From an uncultured virus (IMG/VR IMGVR_UViG_3300044530_000636) (lineage: Duplodnaviria > Heunggongvirae > Uroviricota > Caudoviricetes), in IMG/VR virus record IMGVR_UViG_3300044530_000636: a stretch of DNA of 64,000 bases; one strand, 5' to 3'. The notes under the pieces were generated by a model. The model searched no databases and was not told the origin of the DNA. It worked only from the letters and a program-made list of their open reading frames with translations. The translations under genes were made by a program, and so were the position numbers. Below are positions 19,994 through 30,130 of this stretch, piece by piece. Every line of letters begins with the position of its first letter. The first letter of the stretch is position 1.

Positions 19994-20809
19994 ATGGATT
20001 ATACGTATACCGTATCTGGTCGAGCTAAATTACCAAATCAACATATAAGTGATTTCCTTTCAAAAGGATTTCCAGATATTGAATTGAATAGAATCGATTC
20101 AGTATTTGCATTCTCAGATTTTCCGTGCAGAATATACGGTGGCAGACCTTATCTAGAAAATTCACCAGAATTGGTAGAACAAGATATACAGTGGATGTAT
20201 AATCAAGGAATTGGTTATCGCATTCCGCTGACTTCCTCGTTGGTTACAGAAGACCTTTATAAAGAAGCCATTCCGTTTCTTGAAAAATATCATCGTGAAG
20301 GCAATTCAATCATTTGTGTTAAAAATAATTTGGCCAAATGGATACGAAGAGATTTTCCTCTCTATAAACTAGAAGCATCAGTCATTAAAGAAATTTCAGA
20401 CGTTTACACTCTACACAAATCTCTGGAATTATATGATACTGTTGTTCCTCTACCAGCAGCATTTAATACTAATTTAGAATTGCTTTCTTCCTTAGATAAG
20501 GAAGTTAGACAGCGACTTAGATTGTTTCTAGTTACTGGATGCGCATTTACATGTCCAGCTAAATTGTGTTATGGGTTTTTCTCTAAGTTTAATAGAGGGG
20601 ACAAAGGTATTCGATACGAATGTTCACAAAAAGACCCTAAGTATGACTACAATTATGATGGGGTTAATCATACCTGGGAAAAAGAACCATTCATGGAACT
20701 AGGTATCAATAAGTTTAAATTATTAAGAGATCATAAACCTGCTGAAATTTATTTCGGTAAACAAAAAGATAATGAAACCAAACCAACAGTGAAGATAAGT
20801 GCTTACTAA
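19994..20809 (+). CDS. U32-family-like (possible Fe-S) protein
   Basis: GGR, ASVIK, GC...CP...CY pattern; weak recognition. Confidence 0.4.
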   Translation: MDYTYTVSGRAKLPNQHISDFLSKGFPDIELNRIDSVFAFSDFPCRIYGGRPYLENSPELVEQDIQWMYNQGIGYRIPLTSSLVTEDLYKEAIPFLEKYHREGNSIICVKNNLAKWIRRDFPLYKLEASVIKEISDVYTLHKSLELYDTVVPLPAAFNTNLELLSSLDKEVRQRLRLFLVTGCAFTCPAKLCYGFFSKFNRGDKGIRYECSQKDPKYDYNYDGVNHTWEKEPFMELGINKFKLLRDHKPAEIYFGKQKDNETKPTVKISAY

Positions 20810-21546
20810 TGTTTACATTTTTTCACAAAACTCCAGTAATTCATTTAGATTGTTTCACAAGCGATGGGAATGTCAACAAATATACTCCCATTGTGAATGC
20901 TTCATTAACTAAACCTGAATGGTTTAACAATATTCCAATTCCAGAAACTCCGGTCGATTTAGATTTTGATAATCTAGAATCAAGACATAGAAATTTAAGG
21001 TCTTGTTATGGATTTTTAGAATTCTATAAGAAAGGCGTTGTGATTGAATCATGGTGTGATATGGGGTTTAAGACTGACGTAAACAACTTTCAGTGTTTTT
21101 TCTCTTCACCACCTGATCCAGTTTCTCACAACCCTGAACAATACGGAAATGCATTTTCAAAATATTTCAATTTAAAGATGAGATCTCCATGGTTGTTTAA
21201 TTGTAAAGAAAACATAAATTTTCTATTTGTTGGAGCGGAATGGGCTCTTGGTGAATATGATATAAAAGTTTTACCAGGCGTTGTTAATTTTAATTTGGCT
21301 TCTTCTGGCAATTTCTTTATTATGGTTCCTAGAAAACAAGATCAGTATATAATTCCTATAGGTACGCCTATGGTGCATGTCATACCACTTAGTGAAAAGA
21401 AACTCAAACATAAAGTTCATCTATTAACTAAGGGCGAATATCAGAAAAAGGTCAACTCCCCAGCATATAGTTTCTATGGATGGAGAAAAATCAAAACCAT
21501 CTTAAAAAGAAATGAAAAACGAGGGTGTCCATTCAGCGGTGAATAA
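20809..21546 (+). CDS. Conserved phage hypothetical protein of oxygenase-rich cassettes
   Basis: SCYGF, W.D, K..SPW, PGVV, GTPMVH.IP, C-terminal CPF. Confidence 0.55.
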   Translation: MFTFFHKTPVIHLDCFTSDGNVNKYTPIVNASLTKPEWFNNIPIPETPVDLDFDNLESRHRNLRSCYGFLEFYKKGVVIESWCDMGFKTDVNNFQCFFSSPPDPVSHNPEQYGNAFSKYFNLKMRSPWLFNCKENINFLFVGAEWALGEYDIKVLPGVVNFNLASSGNFFIMVPRKQDQYIIPIGTPMVHVIPLSEKKLKHKVHLLTKGEYQKKVNSPAYSFYGWRKIKTILKRNEKRGCPFSGE

Positions 21547-21548
21547 AA

Positions 21549-22748
21549 ATGTTTAGATTTGATCAACTTCGAGCAGCGCATTTAGAGATTACTAGTAATT
21601 GTCAGGCTGCATGTCCAATGTGCGCCAGAAATATTAATGGTGAAATTGTAAATCCTGGCTTGCCTATTATTTCTTGGAAATTTGAAGATTATAGAAGAAT
21701 TCTCAATGAAGACGTTTTAAAACAGATGGAATTTCTTAGGTTCTCTGGAAATTATGGAGACCCTATGTTAAACGACGATCTAATTGATATGATCGAATAT
21801 ACTTCATTTGTCAATCCAAAGATTAATATAAGAATCCATACAAATGGTGGTGCCCGTAAACCAGAGTGGTGGGCTCAATTAGCCAAAGTTATGCCAAAGG
21901 TTAGCGACGTTTATTTCGCAATTGATGGACTAGAGGACACTCACCATCTACATCGTATCGGAACAAAATACGAAACAATTATACGTAATGCTAAATCTTT
22001 CATAGAAGCTGGCGGAAACGCTGTATGGGTGTTTCTATCGTTTAAACATAACGAACATCAAGAACAAGAATGTGAGAAAATAGCCAAAGAATTAGGATTT
22101 GCTAGATTTGTCGCCAGAAAAACTCTAAGGTTTTTTAACACCAAGAAAATGAAAGTAGTAGATAAACAAGGAAATGTTACGCATTATCTAGAACCTTCTT
22201 CCTCCGATCAAGACATGAAATATCTTGATTTTGAGTTCAGTGATAGATATAATGACTACATCGATAGATCTGTTATTAATTGTCCTGTTCTCCAGAACAA
22301 AGAAGTATATATTGATGCTTGGCAGAAAATGTTCCCATGTTGTTATATTGGAGTTGGCGCTAAATTTCCAGTAAAGAAATTACCAAATAACGATGATCGT
22401 GACTCTAGATTTATTAATATGATTAGAGAAATAGATAATCAAAAGTTAAAGTTTATTGAAAGAATTGAGAAAAATTTTGGAAATGACTTGAGGGTTAAAT
22501 CCTTAAAAGATGTTTTGGATGGCTATGAGTGGCAATCTATTGATTGGCATAAAGAATATTGGGGAGAAGAAAAATTGAAAGTTTGCGCCCGAACTTGTGG
22601 CGAGAACGTTCCTGTATCCAAACCAAACGAACAGTATTATAAAGTTTCAATTTTAAAATCAGTTAATGAAGAATACGATTCCGACACTAATGGCGTTGAA
22701 GAAACTAGACGTAGCCGTAAAAGTTCTATAGATTATAAAGGAAATTAA
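21549..22748 (+). CDS. Radical SAM protein with auxiliary Cys cluster
   Basis: CQAACPMC; GNYGDP; TNG; PCC and C..TC downstream. Confidence 0.85.
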   Translation: MFRFDQLRAAHLEITSNCQAACPMCARNINGEIVNPGLPIISWKFEDYRRILNEDVLKQMEFLRFSGNYGDPMLNDDLIDMIEYTSFVNPKINIRIHTNGGARKPEWWAQLAKVMPKVSDVYFAIDGLEDTHHLHRIGTKYETIIRNAKSFIEAGGNAVWVFLSFKHNEHQEQECEKIAKELGFARFVARKTLRFFNTKKMKVVDKQGNVTHYLEPSSSDQDMKYLDFEFSDRYNDYIDRSVINCPVLQNKEVYIDAWQKMFPCCYIGVGAKFPVKKLPNNDDRDSRFINMIREIDNQKLKFIERIEKNFGNDLRVKSLKDVLDGYEWQSIDWHKEYWGEEKLKVCARTCGENVPVSKPNEQYYKVSILKSVNEEYDSDTNGVEETRRSRKSSIDYKGN

Positions 22749-24353
22749 ATGACTAAGAAAATTGATAAGATTGTCATCGTTGGTGGTGGTTCAGCTGGAT
22801 GGATGGCTGCAGCCACTTTGATCAAAGTTTTTCCTAATAAAAATATTACTCTAATTGAATCGCCAAATATTCCAACTGTTGGTGTTGGAGAGTCAACATT
22901 AGGTTTTATTAATTCTTGGTTAAAACTTCTTGAGATCGAAGACAAAGATTTCATGAAAATTACAGATGCAACGTATAAACTTTCTATTAGATTCGAGGAC
23001 TTTTATAAAAAAGGCGCTGGAGCGTTTCATTATCCGTTTGGTTCTACCAATACTGATGGTAATGTTGCTGTATTAAATGATTGGTATTTTAAAAAGTTCC
23101 TTTACCCAGAAACGCCTAATAGTGATTATGCAGATTGTATGTGTCCAATCATGGCGTTGGTTAATGAAAATAAAATTTTTGAAAACTCAGAAGGTGTATT
23201 ACCAAACTTCAATTTCAGAAAAGACACAGCTTATCATTTTAATGCTGTCAAGTTTGCTAATTGGTTAAGAACAGAATACGCTATTCCACGTGGTGTTAAG
23301 AATATACTAGCTGAAGTAAAGATGGTTGATTTTGATGATGAGAACGGTATCAACTTTCTTCAGCTAGATAATGGCGAAAAAGTCACCGCCGATTTGTTCA
23401 TTGATTGCACTGGTTTCAAATCTATTCTTTTAGCTGGAGCTCTAAACGAACCGTTCATTTCTATGAGCGATATTCTACCAAACAATTCTGCTTGGGCTGC
23501 TCAGATTCCTTATGTTGATAAGCGTAAGGAAATGATTACATATACCAACTGCCACGCTATTAATAATGGTTGGGTGTGGACAATCCCATTGTGGAATCGT
23601 TTGGGAACAGGATATGTTTATTCAGACAAATACATCAGTGATGAAGATGCTCTAGAAGAGTTTAAACAATATCTCCGTAGCACTGGTCATTTTGATGACG
23701 AGATGGATTTTAATAACCAAGGAATTAAATTTAAGAATATCAAATCACGTGTTGGTATCCACGAGCGCATTTGGGTCAAGAACGTAGCAGCTATTGGATT
23801 GTCTGCGGGATTCATTGAGCCGCTTGAGAGTAATGGACTTCTTAGCATTCATGAATTTTTGATGAGAATGATTCGTATTCTTGGTAGAGATTCAGAAGGT
23901 TATGTGAGCCAGTGGGACATTGACGTTTATAATTATGCTTGTAGAAGATACTTCAAGGCTTTTGCAGATTTCGTTGCATTACACTACGCTTTGTCTCACA
24001 GAGACGATACTCCATATTGGAGAGATATCGGTAAAAGAGACTTTGGATCAATAACAAAGAAGGTAGACACAAGCGAAGTAAGTGGTTTTACTAGGGCTGC
24101 AGACGCTAGAATGGAAAATTATGGTTTTACTGGTTTGGGCGGTATACCATTTATTTCTTCTGGTATGAATTATTTTCCAACTGATAACAATTCTTTGTAT
24201 GCGTATAATGATATATGCAAAGAAGAGTGGAAAGAAAAATATAAATTAGCTGCTGATAACCTAGATAAGAAAAAGGCTGAGTGGAAGGAAATAGTCAAAG
24301 ATTGTCCTACAATGTATGATTATCTAAAAGAACATATCCACGGTACAGACTGA
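22749..24353 (+). CDS. Flavin-dependent (tryptophan) halogenase family
   Basis: GGGSAG, catalytic-position Lys in ATYKLSI, WVWTIP, FIEPLESNG. Confidence 0.9.
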   Translation: MTKKIDKIVIVGGGSAGWMAAATLIKVFPNKNITLIESPNIPTVGVGESTLGFINSWLKLLEIEDKDFMKITDATYKLSIRFEDFYKKGAGAFHYPFGSTNTDGNVAVLNDWYFKKFLYPETPNSDYADCMCPIMALVNENKIFENSEGVLPNFNFRKDTAYHFNAVKFANWLRTEYAIPRGVKNILAEVKMVDFDDENGINFLQLDNGEKVTADLFIDCTGFKSILLAGALNEPFISMSDILPNNSAWAAQIPYVDKRKEMITYTNCHAINNGWVWTIPLWNRLGTGYVYSDKYISDEDALEEFKQYLRSTGHFDDEMDFNNQGIKFKNIKSRVGIHERIWVKNVAAIGLSAGFIEPLESNGLLSIHEFLMRMIRILGRDSEGYVSQWDIDVYNYACRRYFKAFADFVALHYALSHRDDTPYWRDIGKRDFGSITKKVDTSEVSGFTRAADARMENYGFTGLGGIPFISSGMNYFPTDNNSLYAYNDICKEEWKEKYKLAADNLDKKKAEWKEIVKDCPTMYDYLKEHIHGTD

Positions 24354-24790
24354 TGAAAATACTTGTGACTGGACTTCCTGGAAGCGGGAAGACCACATTT
24401 GCTAACAAATTGTTTGATGTCCTTAACGATAAAAACGAATTAGTCGCTTTATACAATGGCGATGAGATGAGAGAATTCTACGATGATTGGGATTTCTCAG
24501 ACATCGGTAGATTTCGTCAGTTGTGTCGTATGACCCAGAATGCTGAGATTTGTTGTAAGAATGATATTATTGCTATTTGTGATTTTGTTTGTCCAAGAAA
24601 TCTGTATAGAAGTTTCTTCCAACCAGACATAACTATCTGGATGGATACTATCAAAGAAGGTAGATACGAAGACACCAACAAGATATTTGAAGAGCCAGAT
24701 AAATACGAGATACGTATTACGAAATTTGATCAAGACGACATTGAAAATGTATTAAGGTTGATAGATGCTAAAAGACATATATGTGATTGA
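24353..24790 (+). CDS. Short adenylylsulfate (APS) kinase-like P-loop kinase
   Basis: GLPGSGKTT, NGDEMR, DWDFS..GR.RQ, DFVCP, FEEP. Confidence 0.7.
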   Translation: MKILVTGLPGSGKTTFANKLFDVLNDKNELVALYNGDEMREFYDDWDFSDIGRFRQLCRMTQNAEICCKNDIIAICDFVCPRNLYRSFFQPDITIWMDTIKEGRYEDTNKIFEEPDKYEIRITKFDQDDIENVLRLIDAKRHICD

Positions 24791-25352
24791 TAATGTCTTT
24801 CTTTATCCTGATGAGATTGTTAAGTGGGCGAACACTTTAAAATTTTTTCAGAATGATACTCAGAAATTTAATGATGAAAGAAGAACATATTGGAAAGGTA
24901 AAAGAACATACCCTTTACACAAAACTTCTTTAGAAAATAAAGAAAAAACTGATCTTCTGGTACATGACATTTTTAATGGTTGTTTCTTAGGAGCATATGA
25001 TAAATTCTCATATAATTACAATTGGGAAGGGACTTTTTACTTCCATAGATTAGATAAAGATTGTATTTTTGAGAATTCTTGGATACACACAGACGCTAGA
25101 TGTATATATGCGGGAGTGGTATATCTTAATAAAAATCCTCCTTTGAATAGCGGAACGATGATATTTAAAGACGATAATAAAGTAGAGTATATTGAAAACA
25201 TCTATAATAGATTAGTCTTGTATAAATCTAAATTTAATCATAGTGCTATGTGTGGTTTCGGAGAAAATGAAAATTCAAGATTGACTTTTACTGCGTTTTT
25301 TAATAAAATTGATATGACGGTCAAAAGCGACGACGTGTTAATGCTGCCGTAG
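24765..25352 (+). CDS. 2OG-Fe(II) oxygenase-like (DUF6445-like)
   Basis: VIDN, WIHTD, AGVVYL, NRLVLY..H, SRLT. Confidence 0.7.
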   Translation: MLKDIYVIDNVFLYPDEIVKWANTLKFFQNDTQKFNDERRTYWKGKRTYPLHKTSLENKEKTDLLVHDIFNGCFLGAYDKFSYNYNWEGTFYFHRLDKDCIFENSWIHTDARCIYAGVVYLNKNPPLNSGTMIFKDDNKVEYIENIYNRLVLYKSKFNHSAMCGFGENENSRLTFTAFFNKIDMTVKSDDVLMLP

Positions 25353-25418
25353 CTCAGTTGGTAGAGCAGTTGATTAGTAATCATCAGGTCGGGAGTTCGA
25401 ATCTCTCCGGCAGCACCA
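25343..25418 (+). tRNA. tRNA-Thr(AGT)
   Basis: Full cloverleaf GCTGCCG/CGGCAGC, anticodon loop TT-AGT-AA (25376-25378), TTCGAAT, encoded CCA. Confidence 0.9.
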
Positions 25419-25621
25419 CTAAAAGGATATATTGTGAAGAAACCAACAAAATACAACCAATCTAATTTGTTTGAGTTTAAACCAGATGATACTATCACAG
25501 TTAAAGACATAATTGAATTGTCAGAATTGATTCGTATAGGAGTTTGTGGATCTACATTATCTAATGCTTCTCCTGAACTGAAAAAGTATTTTGTGCAAAT
25601 TAAAAATGAGGTAAAATAATT

Positions 25622-26230
25622 ATGCAAGAATATGTTGTTAATACGTTTCCTAATTACGGATTCATTCAGTCAGAGTTTTCTGATGGAGATCTAGCTCCGA
25701 TTAAGAATGAAATTTTAGAATTACCGGATGTAAAAGAAGAACTAAGATCTACTGGAAGAAGAGTAATCCAAAAAGATTACTATCTCGAAAGAACAAAGCA
25801 TCATGCAGAAAAGTTATTGCTGCCATACGTTTCCGCTTATCTTAACACGTTTGGCTACGAGAAAGAAATCAATTACCTAACGAATGGAGCGCCATTGGTT
25901 TTGGACACTTTGATGGCTAATTTTCTCGATAGACATGAATGTAATCTCCCACATAAACATGATGGTATCTTTTCGTTCATTATTTGGATGAATTTAGGTA
26001 TTAAGGCTCCTCCTTCTTTTGTCAAACCAACAGAAGAAATGACTTCTAATTTCTCGTTATATTATACAGATGTTTTGGGGCGTCCGAAGGAATATATTAT
26101 TCCTGTTAATGAAGATTGGGAAAATAATTTTATCTTATTTCCTTGTGAAATGCAACATGGCGTTAGACCTTGTTTTGCGAATGATACATATAGAACAAGT
26201 ATTACAGGAACGTTTAAGTTTCAAGTCTAA
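25622..26230 (+). CDS. Putative 2OG-Fe(II) oxygenase
   Basis: N.PHKH.G.FSF, FP...HGV.P, R.SI. Confidence 0.7.
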   Translation: MQEYVVNTFPNYGFIQSEFSDGDLAPIKNEILELPDVKEELRSTGRRVIQKDYYLERTKHHAEKLLLPYVSAYLNTFGYEKEINYLTNGAPLVLDTLMANFLDRHECNLPHKHDGIFSFIIWMNLGIKAPPSFVKPTEEMTSNFSLYYTDVLGRPKEYIIPVNEDWENNFILFPCEMQHGVRPCFANDTYRTSITGTFKFQV

Positions 26231-26757
26231 TGCGAAACATCTTCGTCGATGAGGAATTCTTTTCACAAGAAGAAATGGTTCTTCTCGACGAAGAATTCAA
26301 AAAATATAATTGGGAATTGGTGGGCTCATCAGTGCCTGAGATCCCAGAGCCTACTTACCATTGGGATAAAACCCTGCCTTCAGAAATAATAGAAAATCTA
26401 TTCAAATCAAAAATACAAAAGTTTTTAAACAAACAAATAGAAACTATTAAGATATACGCTAATGGTAACACTCATGGTCAATGTGGTCATCCTCATGTTG
26501 ATGTGTTAGAAAATGCAGAGGGCGAGTATTATACTTTGGTGTATTATTACCATAAGAACTGGAAGCCAGAATACGGTGGGCATTTAATTCTTATGGAATA
26601 TGGCGGAAAGATTATAGAAAACATCTTTCCAAAAAGCAATTCGGCAGTATTGTTTGATTCTAAAATGCCGCATTGTCCACTCGAACCCACGGTTCATTGT
26701 AAATCTATGAGGATAAGTATTGCTTACAAGTTCCGTGTATTAGGAGATTTATTATGA
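26230..26757 (+). CDS. 2OG-Fe(II) oxygenase (prolyl-hydroxylase-like)
   Basis: N...G..HVD, W..EYGG, PH, R.SIA. Confidence 0.8.
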   Translation: MRNIFVDEEFFSQEEMVLLDEEFKKYNWELVGSSVPEIPEPTYHWDKTLPSEIIENLFKSKIQKFLNKQIETIKIYANGNTHGQCGHPHVDVLENAEGEYYTLVYYYHKNWKPEYGGHLILMEYGGKIIENIFPKSNSAVLFDSKMPHCPLEPTVHCKSMRISIAYKFRVLGDLL

Positions 26758-27911
26758 AGTTAGTTGCAGCGATTGTATTCATGTGCGTTAGTGGTGTTTG
26801 CCAAGAACAACATGTAGAGATTGAACCGAAGGCTTGTCATATTGGCACCCTTCATGGTAAAGTAATGGGTGTCGAAGCTAAATTCGGCGTTAAGTGTCAA
26901 GGATGATCGAATATGTTCCAGTTATTCTTATTTGTAACTCTCTACTCTCTCCTGTGGAATGTAAAGAAGGCGGAAGAGACACGACGATTGTTATGGGAGA
27001 GATCAAAAACACGCCGATGTCATGCATCCAGGAATCTTATGAGCGAGCCGCAAAACTTGCCTTTTCGCCAAAAATAGGCGATAATTATTATATTAAAGTG
27101 AGATGTGTCGCCAAAGACACTAAGGAGTTCGGGCGATGACTGCAGAGGTTATTCCTTTTCCTAAATCTAAAAAAGAACTAGAACTACAGGCAATGAAAGA
27201 GTATGTCGATAAAGCAAAACTTGTTATTGCTAGACATATTGCAGAAGATCTTAAATTTTATTCTGGCCCCAACATTCATGGTGTGCCTGTTGAGGAACCA
27301 AAAACGAGACAAGATTTCTTAGAACTATGTAAACAGTTCTTAGATATAGACGATTATCAAGATATTCTTTGCGGTATTATGGACAAAGAGCATTATGATG
27401 CACTTGAACCCCAGTTATGCAAAGTAATAGATTCTTATTTCTCTTTTAAGAAGTAACAGGAGGGTTCATGTTTATTGATGACAAGATTAGTTATTATGCA
27501 GTCAACGAGGCTTATTGTCTTTTGAGTGCATATCTAAGAGAAGAAAGAATCGCTGCTAATTATAACAGCGAAGAAATTAAAGAAGCTGTTGAATTTCTGG
27601 CTGGTGTCTTAAAGCATCCAGAAAATTTTAAAGATGTAGATCGTAAATCCGCTAAAAAAGAAGAGCAGCCCGTAGAGGAGTAAAAGATGAACGACTGGCA
27701 ATATACTAATCAGTTCTTCGAAGAAGGTAAACTACATTACACTAACGGCGGATCTGTTGACGATTGCCCTTACGATTATCTTTCTGTCGATCAGGAGGAT
27801 GAGAAACTAGTTCAAAACGAGCTTTATAGACAAAAAGAGTGGCTAGAAGGGTTTAGATTCCAATATAAAGATACTCTTGACAAAGCTCTTATTATCTCCT
27901 CTGCGGTCTAA
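26754..27911 (+). other. Small hypothetical CDS (including 26903-27139, 27136-27456, 27468-27683, 27687-27911)
   Basis: RBSs and tight packing. Confidence 0.55.
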
Positions 27912-27920
27912 AAAAAGAGT

Positions 27921-27983
27921 TTGACTTTTTTAAAAGATAGAGCTATACTATGTTTATGGTTGATGTGAAGGAGATCTAAAATG
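27921..27983 (+). promoter_or_regulatory. Repeated early promoter + RBS cassette, copy 3
   Basis: TTGACTTTTTTAAAAGATAGAGCTATACTATG. Confidence 0.85.
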
Positions 27984-28949
27984 GCTCATATGATTGAAGA
28001 GATTGATGGCGTTGCTCAGATGGCTTATGCTGGCGACGTTCCGTGGCACGGTCTTGGTGTTAAGGTTCCTGCGGATCTTACGCCCGAACAGATGCTCGAG
28101 GCTGCTGGTCTGAATTGGGAAGTCCGCAAGTATCCTACGTTTGCTATTCTTGATGATAACGATCCGGACAGTGTGATTGAGACGAAACAGTCTGCTCTTG
28201 TTCGTAGTAAGGACAAGAAATTGCTTGACGTTGTTTCTGACGACTGGAATCCTGTCCAGAATGCCGAGGCGTTTGACTTCTTCAATGAATTCGTTATGGC
28301 TGGTGATATGGAGATGCATACTGCTGGCTCTCTGAAGGATGGTCAGATCGTTTGGGGTTTGGCTAAGGTTAAGGAGTCGTTTGAGCTCTTTAAGGGAGAT
28401 CAGATTGACTCTTATCTACTCTTTTCTAATTTTCATAAGTATGGTTTTTCTACTGACGTGCGCTTCACTCCCATTCGTGTTGTGTGCAATAATACTCTTA
28501 CACTTTCTCTCTCGTCGACTGTAGAGCGTATGGTCAAGATTTCCCACCGTAAGCAGTTTAATCCTGCTAATGTGAAGGATATGCTTGGCATTGCTACCGA
28601 CAAGTTGCAGAAGTATAAGGAGATGGCTCAGTTCCTTGGTTCTAAGAAGGCTAAGACTGAATCTATCGTTGAATACTTTGAACGTGTGTTTCCTCTTAAT
28701 ACGAAGAATCCAGAAGAAGGTAAGCGTTCGAAGAATGCTGATATTGCTCTGAGCATTATCAATACTCAGCCTGGACATGAATACGCCGAGGGAACTTGGT
28801 GGCAACCGTTCAACGCTGTTACTTTCATGACTGATCACGTGATTGGTCGTTCGGCTGATTCTCGTATCCAGTCTGCTTGGTATGGATACAACAAGAATCT
28901 GAAGACTAAGGCTCTTGAGCTCGCTGTCGAAATGGCAGAAGCAGCTTGA
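27981..28949 (+). CDS. DUF932 / TIGR03299-type phage-plasmid protein
   Basis: PWHGLG, AGLNWEV, PVQN.EAF.FF, TAGSL, TPIRVVCNNTL. Confidence 0.85.
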   Translation: MAHMIEEIDGVAQMAYAGDVPWHGLGVKVPADLTPEQMLEAAGLNWEVRKYPTFAILDDNDPDSVIETKQSALVRSKDKKLLDVVSDDWNPVQNAEAFDFFNEFVMAGDMEMHTAGSLKDGQIVWGLAKVKESFELFKGDQIDSYLLFSNFHKYGFSTDVRFTPIRVVCNNTLTLSLSSTVERMVKISHRKQFNPANVKDMLGIATDKLQKYKEMAQFLGSKKAKTESIVEYFERVFPLNTKNPEEGKRSKNADIALSIINTQPGHEYAEGTWWQPFNAVTFMTDHVIGRSADSRIQSAWYGYNKNLKTKALELAVEMAEAA

Positions 28950-28996
28950 CTTTTTATAAAAACTAGGGTACAATATATGTAACCTTGGAGGATAAT

Positions 28997-30130
28997 ATGG
29001 CTCGTCGCCCTGCTCTTGTTAAACGTAAACCAAAAACTATTCGTGTTACGAAGTCGGAGGCTTACATTGTTAATAAGAAGCATCTGGGCGACGAGCCTAA
29101 TTTTACAAAGCCTCTGTCAAAAACTGATTACATCAATGCTTTGAATTGGTATAACTACATGTGCACCAATTCAGAAGCCAAAGAGTATATTGTTACCTAT
29201 CTTAAAAATCTAGGACGTGTTAATGACGCCAAGAAAATCAAATCTGTTCCAGATAATCTTATACCTACTACTGTTGCTTGGGTTTGTCGTCTCTTATCTC
29301 GAGGGTTTACGTTACCTACTGATACACAAGATTATATAAACGATCGTATCAAAGAAACATATAAATATGTTCAGGAGACTAAGGAAGAAGATAGTAAGCC
29401 AGTAGTTTCCATTCAAGACCGTATGCGTGAGCGTACACATGACATTCTTGGCGAAATTGAGGGTATGATAGACGATTACATCTACGACAATGTAGAGTTT
29501 TCTTTGTATGAATGGCTGCAGTCGAATAACATTCCTGCCGCCTACGCTACTTCTATCATCTCTAAATTTACCCCAGTATTAGATGAATTGCTTGAGGCAT
29601 ATGAGGGTAAAGATGAACAACTCAAAGAGGGATATCGCCACCTCAAAAAAGCTGAAATCAAGAATCTTGTATCGTTCTACAACACGCTTATCGAGGATGC
29701 GGAGAGATATTCTTCGAACACAAAGAAAATTAAAAAGACTCGCAAGCCAAGAGCAGTGTCGGTCGAAAAGAAAATCAAAAATCTCAAGTACCAGAAGGAA
29801 GATGCAACTTACAAGATTGCATCAGTATCTCCGGAGAAAGTCATCGGCGCAATGGAGCTCTGGACTTTCAATACAAAGTATAAGACGATTACGAGGCTTA
29901 CAGCGATTGATCGTGGTGGGCTCCAGGTCAAGGGCACTAGCATTACGAACTATTGCGAATCTAATTCTATTACCAGGTCTGTGGGACGGAAAGATCCAAA
30001 TGAGTTTCTCAAGCGCATACTCGAGGGTGGCAAACTTGTCCTACGAAAAGTCTTTGATGAGATCAAGACGGAGAAGCCTCTTGCGTATCGTATCAACGAA
30101 AACACGATTTTGTTAAGGGTGGTGACATGA
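28997..30130 (+). CDS. Conserved T4-like hypothetical protein
   Basis: ALNWYNY, QLKEGY, RINENTILLR; own promoter TTGACT(28946)-17-TACAAT. Confidence 0.65.
   Translation: MARRPALVKRKPKTIRVTKSEAYIVNKKHLGDEPNFTKPLSKTDYINALNWYNYMCTNSEAKEYIVTYLKNLGRVNDAKKIKSVPDNLIPTTVAWVCRLLSRGFTLPTDTQDYINDRIKETYKYVQETKEEDSKPVVSIQDRMRERTHDILGEIEGMIDDYIYDNVEFSLYEWLQSNNIPAAYATSIISKFTPVLDELLEAYEGKDEQLKEGYRHLKKAEIKNLVSFYNTLIEDAERYSSNTKKIKKTRKPRAVSVEKKIKNLKYQKEDATYKIASVSPEKVIGAMELWTFNTKYKTITRLTAIDRGGLQVKGTSITNYCESNSITRSVGRKDPNEFLKRILEGGKLVLRKVFDEIKTEKPLAYRINENTILLRVVT

Noticed and set aside
25238..25627. Minus-strand ORF over tRNA-Thr (also 32939-33127 and 33164-33352 over the tmRNA)
   Set aside because: Antisense translations of RNA genes
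29583..30116. 177-aa overlapping alternative-frame ORF
   Set aside because: Lies inside a conserved gene; Arg/Ser-rich off-frame composition; no evidence of expression
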